A DNA stretch of 64,000 nt from Betaproteobacteria bacterium. Its GTDB lineage: Bacteria; Pseudomonadota; Gammaproteobacteria; Burkholderiales; SG8-39. Within the stretch, counting starts at the first letter, position 1. Each line of letters begins with the position of its first letter. The stretch spans positions 15 through 64,014 of the forward strand of contig CANJXQ010000007.1 of NCBI GenBank assembly GCA_947478805.1, read 5' to 3'. The notes beneath the pieces were generated by a model, which was given only the letters and a program-made list of their open reading frames with translations, searched no databases and was not told where the DNA came from. Shown here one piece after another: positions 1-8,617 of the stretch. Made by a program: the position numbers and the translations under genes.

Positions 1-2
1 TC

Positions 3-83
3 GGCGCCTTCATCATCTACTGCCTGATGATCGCCATCCTGATGGTGCGCCCGCAGGGGCTCTTTGCGCGCGGGGGCCGCTAG
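3..83 (+). CDS. livH: C-terminal fragment of branched-chain amino acid ABC transporter permease (LivH-type); 5' end outside window
   Basis: Frame 3 reads GAFIIYCLMIAILMVRPQGLFARGGR*, a typical LivH-family C-terminus. A LivM-type permease starts 2 nt downstream, followed by two ATPases. Confidence 0.6.
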   Translation, partial: GAFIIYCLMIAILMVRPQGLFARGGR

Positions 84-85
84 CC

Positions 86-1099
86 GTGGCCAATGCACCA
101 TCGGGACCATCGAGCGTGAAAGCGTCCGCGCGCGCGGCGCTGCAGGCGGCCTCGCGCTGGCGCGCGCTGGAGTTCGCCTTCTGGCTGGTGCCCGTGGCGG
201 CGTACTTCCTCTTCCCACGCCACTACCTGCTGCTGAACGAAATGGCGATCTTTGCGCTGTTCGCCCTCTCGCTCGACCTCATCCTCGGCTACGCGGGGAT
301 CATTTCGCTCGGGCATGCGGCCTTCTTCGGCTTCGGGGCCTATGCCGCGGCGCTCTTCGCCAAGCACATCCATCCCGATCCGCTGCTGGGCCTTGCCGCC
401 ACGGCGGCAGGCGCGGCGCTCTTCGGCCTGGTGTCCAGCGTGCTCATCCTGCGCGGCACCGACCTCACGCGCCTCATGGTGACGCTGGGCATCGCGCTCA
501 TCACCTATGAAGTCGCGGCCAAGATGGCCTGGCTCACCGGCGGCACCGACGGCCTGCAGGGCGTAGTCGTGGGACCGCTGCTCGGCCGGTTCGATTTCGA
601 CATGTCGGGCCGCACCGCCTACCTCTACAGCCTGGCGACACTCTTCGTTCTCTTTCTCATCGCGCGCCGCGTGGTGCATTCGCCCTTCGGCATGGGGCTG
701 AAGGCCATCCGCGACAACCGCCTGCGCGCTGCGGCCATCGGCATCCCGGTGAACCGGCGCCTGGCCGCAGTGAACACGCTCGCCGCCACCATGGCTGGTA
801 TGGCAGGGGCGCTGCTGTCACAGTCCACGTCATTCGCCTCGCTCGACGTGCTCGCATTCCACCGCTCGGCCGAGGCGCTGCTGGTGCTGGTGATCGGCGG
901 CACGGGCTGGCTCTATGGCGGGCCCATCGGCGCGGTGGTGTTCACGCTGCTGCACGACCGCCTGGCCGCGCTCACGCCGCAGTATTGGCAGTTTTGGGTC
1001 GGCGCGATCCTCGCCGGCCTCGTGCTCATCGGGCGCGAACGCATGCGGCTCATCGTGCGGCCGTGGCGGTGGTTCAAAGCGAAGAAGGTGGGCGAATGA
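86..1099 (+). CDS. livM: Branched-chain amino acid ABC transporter permease (LivM-type)
   Basis: 337-aa polytopic hydrophobic ORF with GTG start. The LGHAAFFGFGAYAAALF region is typical of LivM/BraE. Its stop overlaps the next start (ATGA at 1096-1099). Confidence 0.85.
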   Translation: MANAPSGPSSVKASARAALQAASRWRALEFAFWLVPVAAYFLFPRHYLLLNEMAIFALFALSLDLILGYAGIISLGHAAFFGFGAYAAALFAKHIHPDPLLGLAATAAGAALFGLVSSVLILRGTDLTRLMVTLGIALITYEVAAKMAWLTGGTDGLQGVVVGPLLGRFDFDMSGRTAYLYSLATLFVLFLIARRVVHSPFGMGLKAIRDNRLRAAAIGIPVNRRLAAVNTLAATMAGMAGALLSQSTSFASLDVLAFHRSAEALLVLVIGGTGWLYGGPIGAVVFTLLHDRLAALTPQYWQFWVGAILAGLVLIGRERMRLIVRPWRWFKAKKVGE

Positions 1100-1845
1100 C
1101 AGCGCTCGCCACCTTCTCGCTCAACAAGCGCTTCGGCGGCGTGGCGGCCACGCAGGACGTGTCGCTCGCCATTGAGGAGGGCGCGCGCCATGCCCTGATC
1201 GGCCCCAATGGCGCGGGCAAGACCACGCTCATCAACCTGCTCACCGGGGTGCTCCCGCCATCCGGCGGGCGCATCGAGCTGCAGGGCAAGGACATCACCG
1301 CGCTCGCCCCGCACCAGCGTGTGCGCCGCGGCCTGGTGCGCACCTTCCAGATTAACCAGCTCTTCGCGCAGCTCACGCCGCTGGAGAGCGTCACCCTCGC
1401 GGCGAGTGAATCCCACAGACTCGGCGCGCGCGCCTGGCAGCGGCTGGGGGCCAACGCCGTTGTGCGCGACGAAGCCGCCGACATTCTCGAGCGCTTTCGC
1501 CTCGCCGACGTGATGACCCGGCCCACGGCCGAGTTGCCCTACGGCAAGCGGCGGCTGCTGGAAGTGGCCATCGCCATCGCCTGCCGGCCGCGCGTGCTGC
1601 TGCTCGATGAACCGGTGGCCGGCGTGCCCGAGGGCGAGCGCGCGGAGATCCTCGATTCGCTCGCCGCGCTACCGGCGGACGTGACCGTGCTGCTCATCGA
1701 GCACGACATGGATCTCGTGTTCAGCTTTGCCTCGCGCATCTCGGTGATGGTGGGCGGCGCGCTGTTTGCCGAAGGCACGGGTACCGAGATCGCCGCCGAC
1801 CCGCGCGTGCGCGCCGTGTACCTGGGCGAGGGCGGCCATGGCTGA
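1096..1845 (+). CDS. livG: ABC transporter ATP-binding protein (LivG-type)
   Basis: Walker A GPNGAGKTT, signature-like LPYGKRRLLEVA, Walker B LLLDEP. I chose the internal ATG at 1096 (MTALATFSLNKRFGG) because it overlaps the livM stop. Confidence 0.85.
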   Translation: MTALATFSLNKRFGGVAATQDVSLAIEEGARHALIGPNGAGKTTLINLLTGVLPPSGGRIELQGKDITALAPHQRVRRGLVRTFQINQLFAQLTPLESVTLAASESHRLGARAWQRLGANAVVRDEAADILERFRLADVMTRPTAELPYGKRRLLEVAIAIACRPRVLLLDEPVAGVPEGERAEILDSLAALPADVTVLLIEHDMDLVFSFASRISVMVGGALFAEGTGTEIAADPRVRAVYLGEGGHG

Positions 1846-2599
1846 TGCCCGGCAAGACACCATGCACAGCAAGGCCCCGCTGCTGGAAGTGAGCGGCCTC
1901 GTCGCCGGCTACGGCGGGGCGAGCATCCTGAACGGCGTGTCGTTCCGGCTGGAGGCAGGCCAATCGCTTGCGCTGCTCGGGCGCAATGGCGCGGGCAAGA
2001 GCACGCTCATCGCGAGCATCCTGGGCCTCACCGAACGCCATGCAGGGCGCGTGCTGCTCGCTGGCGTGGACGTGACGAACCTGCGCCCCGACCAGCGCGC
2101 AACCCACGCGGTGGGCGCCGTGGGCTGGGTGCCGCAGGAGCGCAACATCTTCAAGTCGCTCACCGTCGAAGAAAACCTCACCGCGATTGCACGTACGGGG
2201 GCGCGGCCCGGGCCGTGGACGGTGGCGCGCGTGTTCCAGCTTTTTCCGCAACTGGAAGGCCGGCGCGGCAACCTCGGCTCGCAGCTCTCGGGCGGCGAGC
2301 AGCAATTGCTCGCCATCGGCCGCGCGCTCATGCTGAACCCGGCGTTATTGCTGCTCGACGAACCTCTCGAAGGCCTCGCACCCCTCATCGCCGCGCAGGT
2401 GCTGGACGTGGTGCGCAAGTTGATCAAGGACGAGGGCCTTTCCGCCATCGTCGTCGAGCAGCACGCACGCAAGGTGCTGGAGATCACCGACCAGGCCATC
2501 ATCCTCGAGCGCGGCAGCATCGTGCATGCCGCAAGTTCCATCGACCTGTTGCATCGGCCGGAGGAGTTGGATGCGCATTTGGGGGTGGGTGGGCGGTAG
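1838..2599 (+). CDS. livF: ABC transporter ATP-binding protein (LivF-type)
   Basis: Walker A GRNGAGKST, signature LSGGEQQLLAIGRAL, Walker B LLLDEP. The ATG at 1838 overlaps the livG end; ATG 1862 is an alternative start. Confidence 0.85.
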   Translation: MADARQDTMHSKAPLLEVSGLVAGYGGASILNGVSFRLEAGQSLALLGRNGAGKSTLIASILGLTERHAGRVLLAGVDVTNLRPDQRATHAVGAVGWVPQERNIFKSLTVEENLTAIARTGARPGPWTVARVFQLFPQLEGRRGNLGSQLSGGEQQLLAIGRALMLNPALLLLDEPLEGLAPLIAAQVLDVVRKLIKDEGLSAIVVEQHARKVLEITDQAIILERGSIVHAASSIDLLHRPEELDAHLGVGGR

Positions 2600-2747
2600 T
2601 CTCGAGCCACTCGCCCTAGAGGCACGTCAGAAATTGTCTGATGGAAATCTGAGTGGTGGGTGTTGTACGCAGGTTCTGGATTTCACTTGTATGTCGCATC
2701 GCGACGCGGATACATCGGTGTTGGGCTTCATATAGCAATTGACTCGT

Positions 2748-2765
2748 GTTCTCAAATTTGAGAAC
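2748..2765. promoter_or_regulatory. Perfect 18-bp palindrome GTTCTCAAATTTGAGAAC, candidate TA operator
   Basis: Read directly from the sequence. It ends 5 nt before the toxin ATG (2771), and TTGACT lies at 2739-2744. Type II TA operons are typically autorepressed at palindromes overlapping their promoter. Confidence 0.55.
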
Positions 2766-2770
2766 ATTAC

Positions 2771-3100
2771 ATGATGCTCTATTCGATCGAATACTTTCAT
2801 CCGAAAGTGCTTGCCGAAATCGAGTCTTGGCCCGTTGATGTTTTGGCGGACTATGCACGCATCGTAGAGCTTCTCATGAAACACGGCCCGAATCTGAGGC
2901 TTCCGCATTCGAGGACATTTGGTGATGGTCTGTTCGAGCTCAGGCCGAGAGGCAGATCAGGCATTGGACGGGCGTTTTACTGTTTTCTCTTGGGCAGGCG
3001 TGTAGTGGTGCTGCACGCGTTTATCAAGAAATCACAGCAGACGCCAGATCGAGAACTGAAGCTTGCCCGGAAACGCATGAAGGAGATATTTCATGGCTGA
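2771..3100 (+). CDS. Type II toxin, RelE/ParE superfamily, Gp49/HigB-like
   Basis: 109 aa. GDGLFELRPRGRSGIGRAFYCFLLGRRVVVLHAFIKKSQQTPDRELKLARKR matches the phage Gp49-like/HigB-type toxin pattern. The toxin precedes the antitoxin with an 8-nt overlap. G+C is lower than in the flanks. Confidence 0.8.
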   Translation: MMLYSIEYFHPKVLAEIESWPVDVLADYARIVELLMKHGPNLRLPHSRTFGDGLFELRPRGRSGIGRAFYCFLLGRRVVVLHAFIKKSQQTPDRELKLARKRMKEIFHG

Positions 3101-3401
3101 AATTAAATACCAACCCGTAGACCACGATCACAAGGCTTTTCTCAAGAGAGCCAAAAAGCGTCGTGGTTTTCAGACGGCGTACCAGGCTCTCGCGGTCGAG
3201 TATGCGGTCGCGAGCGAAATGCTGGCTGCTCGCTCCCGGGCCGGTCTTACACAAGAAGTGGTGGCCTTTCGCATGGGCACGACAAAAAGCACTGTTTCGC
3301 GCCTTGAGTCGGCTGGCAAGCACGCGCCATCGCTTACGTCACTCAAGAAGTATGCTGAGGCTGTAGGTTGCAAAATTGAGATCAAGCTGGTTCCGAGATA
3401 A
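3093..3401 (+). CDS. XRE-family helix-turn-helix antitoxin (HigA-like)
   Basis: 102 aa with HTH core LTQEVVAFRMGTTKSTVSRLESAG. SD AGGAG at 3081-3085. The ATG lies inside the toxin's terminal codons (ATGGCTGA). Confidence 0.8.
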   Translation: MAEIKYQPVDHDHKAFLKRAKKRRGFQTAYQALAVEYAVASEMLAARSRAGLTQEVVAFRMGTTKSTVSRLESAGKHAPSLTSLKKYAEAVGCKIEIKLVPR

Positions 3402-3424
3402 AGGGGCCTGTCCCCTTTTGTGTT
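3401..3424 (+). terminator. Rho-independent terminator-like hairpin after the antitoxin
   Basis: AAGGGG-CCTGT-CCCCTT followed by TTGTGTT, starting at the last base of the TAA stop. It overlaps the putative GTG start (3420) of the cyclase gene. Confidence 0.55.
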
Positions 3425-4517
3425 CCGGGCGTTCACGATAGGAGCACGATTGATCTACCAGCGCCAATGGCGGGAGTACGTCGCAGCGATCCGCTTCGCG
3501 GCGGTGCTGGGCCTCTTCTTTGGCTTGTCGGCGGGGGCGGTGATGCTCAAGCCGCCGCTGGTGGGTGCCCTTTTCGGCGCGGTGAGCGCTGTAACGGACT
3601 TCTCCGTGGGTATGGCGTTGATCGGCGCCATGGAAATACTTCTGCCACACACGGTCCTCGGACGTCGCCTGCTGGCCCGGCCGTTCCTTGTCGTGGTGCT
3701 GGTGAAGGCCCTGGGGTACCTCGCCGTCGTGGGCCTCGTGATCGGCGGACGGTTGGGGCCGGCGGTGGTGGGGCTGCTGGGCGGAGCGCAAGTCGCGTCG
3801 CGAATTCTGGAGCAGATCGATGCCGCGTTCCCGCGCGGACTCATCGTCGTGTTCGCCGCGCTGGTGACGTTCCTGCTGGTCGTGCTGCGACATGCGTCGC
3901 AGATCATTGGTGAGCAGAGTTTTCGCGACATCATGCGCGGCCGCTACCACCGGCCGCGCTCCGAGGAGCGTTTCTTCCTATTCGTCGATGTGGTGGGCTC
4001 CACGCCGGTAGCCGAGCGCTTGGGCCCGCATGCGGTGCACCGCTACCTCGACCGGGTGTTCCGCATTGCCTCGGACCCTGTGGACGAACACTACGGCGAG
4101 GTGTTCCAGTACGTGGGCGACGAGATGGTGGTCACTTGGACACTCGCCGAGGGGCGCCAGGAGGCGCGGCCGCTCGCGTGCCTCTTCGCCATCGAAGCGG
4201 CGCTCGCGGCGGCGGCCCCGGATTTCGAGCGCGAGTTCGGCACGGTGCCGAAGGTCCGCGCCGCGCTGCACGCGGGCGAAGTCGTCACCGGCGAGATCGG
4301 CGGCAGTCGCCGCGCCATTGTGTTCCACGGCGACGTGATGAACACCACCTCGCGAATAGAAAACGCGACCCGCGAACTGGGGCGGAATTTCCTCGTCTCG
4401 GAAGAAGCGCTCACGCGTCTGGACGACGCATCGGGCTACTCGCCCGAGGACCTCGGACAGCACCAGTTGCGCGGTCGCGAGGCTATGGTGCGGCTGTATA
4501 CGGTGAGGAAAATATGA
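3420..4517 (+). CDS. Membrane-anchored class III adenylate/guanylate cyclase
   Basis: The N-terminal ~170 aa contain several hydrophobic helices. The C-terminal cyclase domain has FFLFVDVVGST, YVGDEMVV and HGDVMNTTSRIE (metal Asp residues plus the Asn/Arg pair). Start uncertain. Confidence 0.8.
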   Translation: MFRAFTIGARLIYQRQWREYVAAIRFAAVLGLFFGLSAGAVMLKPPLVGALFGAVSAVTDFSVGMALIGAMEILLPHTVLGRRLLARPFLVVVLVKALGYLAVVGLVIGGRLGPAVVGLLGGAQVASRILEQIDAAFPRGLIVVFAALVTFLLVVLRHASQIIGEQSFRDIMRGRYHRPRSEERFFLFVDVVGSTPVAERLGPHAVHRYLDRVFRIASDPVDEHYGEVFQYVGDEMVVTWTLAEGRQEARPLACLFAIEAALAAAAPDFEREFGTVPKVRAALHAGEVVTGEIGGSRRAIVFHGDVMNTTSRIENATRELGRNFLVSEEALTRLDDASGYSPEDLGQHQLRGREAMVRLYTVRKI

Positions 4518-4770
4518 AAAAGCCGGCAAAGCCTAATAGTGATGGTGTGCGAGGTGTAGTACTTCAGGGGTGTTCGGTCGGGCCGGCGAAGATTCCTGAT
4601 GACAAACAGTTTGGCTCGGGTTAGTTTCGAGTCCGCGAGCTGCCTGGCTCGCCGTGTGCATGTTCATCAGGAGGAGAACCGATCGTGGCTTTTCTGCGTA
4701 TTGTCGTCACTGCTGCGGGCGTCCTCGGGATCGCCTGCGGGGCCGCGCCGGTTGAACCGGCCGGCAAGCC

Positions 4771-6018
4771 ATGACCCTGTTCAGTCGCTTCCTCACGACG
4801 TCGGAGGCCGAGGAGGCTGTCAGCGATGCGCAGTTCATCGCGGCGATGCTGCGCTTTGAGGCGGCGCTGGCGCGTGCAGAAGCAGCTGGCGGGCTGATCC
4901 CGCAGGACGTCGCACAATCGATTGCCAGCACCTGCAAGGTTGCGTTGGTTGACGTGCCGGCCATCGTGCGCGACAGCCGGCGCGCGGGGACGGTGGTGAT
5001 TCCGCTGGTGAAGGCGCTGAAGGACGTGGTGCGCCTGTCCAACCCGGCGGCCGAGCGCTGGGTGCACTTCGGCAGCACCAGCCAGGACGCGATCGACACC
5101 GCGATGGCACTGGTGACGCGCGACCTGCTCGCGCTCATCGATGCCGACCTCGATCGTGTCGTCAATGCCCTGCTCGCGCAGGCAGCCGAGCACGCGGGCG
5201 CGCCGATGCTCGCGCGCACGTTGCTGCAGCCGGCCTCCGTTACCACCTTCGGGCTGAAGTGCGCACAGTGGGCATTGCCGCTCTCGCGCAGCCGCGCGCG
5301 CATGGCGGCGCTGTCATCGCGGGCGCTGTGCGTGCAACTGGGCGGTGCGGTGGGCACGCGCCAGCAGTTGGGGAAGCGCGCCGACGCGATCGTGCGCGAC
5401 GTGGCGGAAGAACTCGGCCTCGCCGTGCCGGGGGCGACGTGGCACACGCAGCGCGACGAGTGGGTGGCGCTGGGCTGCGAGCTGGGGCTCGTCGCAGGAA
5501 GCCTGGGAAAGATTGCAAAGGACCTGTCGCTGATGGGGCAGTTCGAAGTGGGCGAGGTCGTGGAGCCGGGCGGCGGTTCGTCGGCCATGCCGCACAAGCG
5601 AAACCCGCTGGGGTCGATGATCGCGCTCACGGCGGCGCAGCGCGCGCCGCACCGGGTTGCTGCGCTTCTCGCAGCAATGCCCCAGGAGCACGAGCGCGCG
5701 CTGGGCGGCTGGCAGGCGGAGTCGGCGGAGTGGGGCGATTTGCTGCAGATCGTGCATGGAAGCGCACGGGCCATGGCAGCGGCGTGCACGGGCCTTGAGG
5801 TGGACACGCGGCGCATGAGTGATAACCTCGATGCCGTGCGACGGGCCGTTCCGGCCGAGGTCGCTGCCGAATGGTTCGATCCCGCGATGGCGCGGTCGCT
5901 GCGGGTACAGGTTGATGCGCTCATTGCGCATGTGCGCACCCTGGGCGCTGCATTGCGGCCAGCGGCCAGCGGCCAGCGCAGGCCAGTGAAAGACGTTTTG
6001 AGGAGGCAGCATGATTGA
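4771..6018 (+). CDS. pcaB: 3-carboxy-cis,cis-muconate cycloisomerase
   Basis: Fumarate-lyase superfamily signature GGGSSAMPHKRNP. It sits at the head of the pcaHG/IJ/D/C genes and overlaps pcaH by 8 nt. Confidence 0.85.
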   Translation: MTLFSRFLTTSEAEEAVSDAQFIAAMLRFEAALARAEAAGGLIPQDVAQSIASTCKVALVDVPAIVRDSRRAGTVVIPLVKALKDVVRLSNPAAERWVHFGSTSQDAIDTAMALVTRDLLALIDADLDRVVNALLAQAAEHAGAPMLARTLLQPASVTTFGLKCAQWALPLSRSRARMAALSSRALCVQLGGAVGTRQQLGKRADAIVRDVAEELGLAVPGATWHTQRDEWVALGCELGLVAGSLGKIAKDLSLMGQFEVGEVVEPGGGSSAMPHKRNPLGSMIALTAAQRAPHRVAALLAAMPQEHERALGGWQAESAEWGDLLQIVHGSARAMAAACTGLEVDTRRMSDNLDAVRRAVPAEVAAEWFDPAMARSLRVQVDALIAHVRTLGAALRPAASGQRRPVKDVLRRQHD

Positions 6019-6709
6019 AGTCTATCGTCGCCCCATGCAGGGAACGCAGCCGGAGTATCGGTTCCCGCCCTATGGCTCGACGGCAAAGCGCGCGCCGACC
6101 AGGCCGCTGGTGATGCTGCCGCACACCTTGTCGGAAACCACCGGGCCCGTGTTCGGCCACGACAGCGTGAAGGCAAGCGAGTTTGACCTCACGGCGGGGC
6201 ACGCCGATCTTCCATTGGGAAAACGCATCGTGGTGAGCGGCCGCGTGCTCGATGATGGCGGCAAGCCGGTTCGGCATACGCTGGTGGAGATCTGGCAGGC
6301 CAATTCGGCGGGGCGCTACCGGCATCCCAATGACGGCCCGCATTCGCCGCTCGACCCCAACTTCACGGGTTGCGGGCGCGCCATGACCGACGCCGAGGGT
6401 CGCTACCGTTTCATCAGCATCGAGCCGGGCGCCTATCCGTGGCGCAACCATTACAACGCCTGGCGCCCCAAGCACATCCATTTCTCGCTCTGGGGCGAGG
6501 CCTTCACGCAGCGCTTGGTGACGCAGATGTACTTCCCGGGCGACCCATTGCTGCCGTTCGATCCGATCTTCAACTGCGTGACCGACACCAAGGCGCGCGA
6601 CCGACTGGTGTCGTCGCTCGATTGGGAGACGACCATCCCGGAGTCTGCGATCGGCTATCGGTTCGACATCGTGCTGCGCGGTCGCCACGCCACGCCCGTG
6701 GATCGGTAG
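6011..6709 (+). CDS. pcaH: Protocatechuate 3,4-dioxygenase beta subunit
   Basis: 232 aa with IWQANSAGRYRHPND...WRPKHIHFSLWG, typical of intradiol dioxygenase beta chains. SD GAGGAGG lies upstream. Confidence 0.88.
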   Translation: MIEVYRRPMQGTQPEYRFPPYGSTAKRAPTRPLVMLPHTLSETTGPVFGHDSVKASEFDLTAGHADLPLGKRIVVSGRVLDDGGKPVRHTLVEIWQANSAGRYRHPNDGPHSPLDPNFTGCGRAMTDAEGRYRFISIEPGAYPWRNHYNAWRPKHIHFSLWGEAFTQRLVTQMYFPGDPLLPFDPIFNCVTDTKARDRLVSSLDWETTIPESAIGYRFDIVLRGRHATPVDR

Positions 6710-6718
6710 GGGGACGCC

Positions 6719-7279
6719 ATGAGCCTTCAGCAATCCACATCACAAACCTTCGGGCCGTATTTCCACATCGGGCTGAAGCCCATCGCGGTGCGCCTGCCCG
6801 CCGGCGCCAAGCCCGTGGTCATCACCGGCCGTGTGCTCGATGGCGACGGCAAGCCGGTAAGCGATGCCGCCATCGAAACCTGGCAGGCGGACCTCGCCGG
6901 TGCCTACCCCGTGCAGCCTGCGGATGGGTCGTGTCCGGCGACGTCCACGCTGGCGGGGCTCGGTCGCGCGCCCACCGATGCCGAAGGTCGATTTCGCATC
7001 GACACCTATCTGCCAGGCCGCGTGGCGGCGCCGGGCGGTGCGCATTCTGCAATCCTGCAGGCCCCGCACATTCTCGTGGCCATCGGCATGCGCGGCCTCC
7101 TGAAGCACCTCGTGACGCGAATCTATTTCCCGGGCGAGGCCTCCAATGCGGATGATCCGGTGCTGAAGCTCGTCCCGGCAGACCGTCGCGACACGCTCAT
7201 TGCGCGCGCAGAGGGCGGCGAACTGCACTGGGACGTCGTGCTGCAGGGGGCGGGCGAGACGGTGTTCTTCGACTGCTGA
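6719..7279 (+). CDS. pcaG: Protocatechuate 3,4-dioxygenase alpha subunit
   Basis: 186 aa with TFGPYFHIGL...IETWQAD...PHILVAIGMRGLLKHLVTRIYFP. Directly follows pcaH. Confidence 0.88.
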   Translation: MSLQQSTSQTFGPYFHIGLKPIAVRLPAGAKPVVITGRVLDGDGKPVSDAAIETWQADLAGAYPVQPADGSCPATSTLAGLGRAPTDAEGRFRIDTYLPGRVAAPGGAHSAILQAPHILVAIGMRGLLKHLVTRIYFPGEASNADDPVLKLVPADRRDTLIARAEGGELHWDVVLQGAGETVFFDC

Positions 7280-7292
7280 TGGCGCCCCGCGC

Positions 7293-7973
7293 ATGATCAA
7301 CAAGATTGTCGCCTCGGCCGAGGCCGCCGTCGCCGACATCAAGGACGGTTCAACCGTCATGATCAGCGGCTTTGGCGGGGCGGGCATGCCGGTCGCGCTG
7401 GTCGATGCGCTCATCGCCCAGGGCGCGCGCGACCTCGTCATCGTCAACAACAACGCGGGCAACGGCGAGACGGGGCTCGCGGCGCTGATGAAGGCGCGGC
7501 GCGTGCGAAAGATCCTGTGTTCCTTCCCGCGCCAGGCCGATTCCTACGTGTTCGACGGCTTGTACCGCGCGGGGGAGATCGAGCTCGAAGTCGTGCCGCA
7601 GGGCAATCTGGCAGAGCGCATCCGCGCGGCCGGCGCCGGCATCGGAGGTTTTTTTACGCCCACGGGCTACGGCACGCTGCTCGCCGAAGGCAAGGAGACG
7701 CGCGAGATCGACGGACGGCAATACGTGTTCGAGTCGCCGATCCACGCCGATGTCGCTCTGGTGCGCGCCGACCGTGCCGACCGCTGGGGCAACCTGACCT
7801 ATCGCAAGGCGGCGCGAAACTTCGGGCCCGTCATGGCCACGGCGGCCAAGTGCACCATCGTGGAAGTGCGCGAGGTGGTCGAACTGGGCGCGATCGACCC
7901 GGAGCACGTGGTCACCCCAGGCATCTTCGTGCAGCGCGTCGTCAAGGTGGGCGGGATGGGGAGGACTGCGTGA
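7293..7973 (+). CDS. pcaI: 3-oxoadipate CoA-transferase subunit A
   Basis: MINKIVASAEAAVADIKDGSTVMISGFGGAGMP is the classic family I CoA-transferase A subunit N-terminus. I chose the internal ATG at 7293 over the ORF-track start at 7200. Confidence 0.88.
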   Translation: MINKIVASAEAAVADIKDGSTVMISGFGGAGMPVALVDALIAQGARDLVIVNNNAGNGETGLAALMKARRVRKILCSFPRQADSYVFDGLYRAGEIELEVVPQGNLAERIRAAGAGIGGFFTPTGYGTLLAEGKETREIDGRQYVFESPIHADVALVRADRADRWGNLTYRKAARNFGPVMATAAKCTIVEVREVVELGAIDPEHVVTPGIFVQRVVKVGGMGRTA

Positions 7974-8617
7974 AGCGCTGGACCCGTGACGAGATGGCGG
8001 CGCGCGTGGCGCGCGACATCCCCGATGGTTCCTACGTGAACCTCGGCATCGGCCTGCCCACGCTGGTGGCCAACCACATCCCGCCGGATCGCGAAGTGAT
8101 CATCCAGAGCGAGAACGGCGTGCTCGGTGCAGGCCCCACGCCCGCCAAAGGGCAGGAAGACCCGGAACTCATCAATGCCGGCAAGCAGCCGATCACGCTG
8201 TTGAAGGGCGGCGCGTTCTTTCACCATGCCGATTCCTTTGCCATGATGCGAGGCGGCCATTTGGACTACTGCGTGCTAGGCGCCTTCCAGGTGGCGGTGA
8301 ATGGCGACCTCGCCAACTGGCACACCGGGGCGCCGGACGCGATTCCGGCCGTGGGCGGCGCGATGGACCTTGCGATCGGCGCCAAGCGCGTGCTGATCAT
8401 GATGGAGCACCTGACCAAGTCGGGCGAGAGCAAGATCGTGCCTGCCTGCACCTATCCGCTCACCGGTATGGGCTGCGTGAACCGCGTGTATACGGACCTC
8501 GCGGTGATCGACATCACGCCGCAGGGGCTGGTGGTGCGCGATTGCGTCGACGGGCTGTCGTTCGATGAGCTGCAGCGGCTGACCGGTGTGCCGCTGCGCC
8601 CGGCGGAGCGGACATGA
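7970..8617 (+). CDS. pcaJ: 3-oxoadipate CoA-transferase subunit B
   Basis: The GTG at 7970 overlaps the pcaI stop (GTGA). Catalytic SENG motif (IIQSENGVLG), and NLGIGLPT near the N-terminus. Confidence 0.88.
   Translation: MKRWTRDEMAARVARDIPDGSYVNLGIGLPTLVANHIPPDREVIIQSENGVLGAGPTPAKGQEDPELINAGKQPITLLKGGAFFHHADSFAMMRGGHLDYCVLGAFQVAVNGDLANWHTGAPDAIPAVGGAMDLAIGAKRVLIMMEHLTKSGESKIVPACTYPLTGMGCVNRVYTDLAVIDITPQGLVVRDCVDGLSFDELQRLTGVPLRPAERT

Noticed and set aside
2627-2908. 93-aa and 80-aa minus-strand ORFs inside the TA islet
   Set aside because: They are antisense to the toxin gene and its promoter/palindrome, with no SD and no recognisable family. The plus-strand toxin/antitoxin pair explains the region.
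4518-4770. Possible small RNA or tRNA in the 250-bp gap before pcaB
   Set aside because: No cloverleaf-compatible arms, no terminator hairpin and no conserved motif are visible. It is treated as the pca promoter region.
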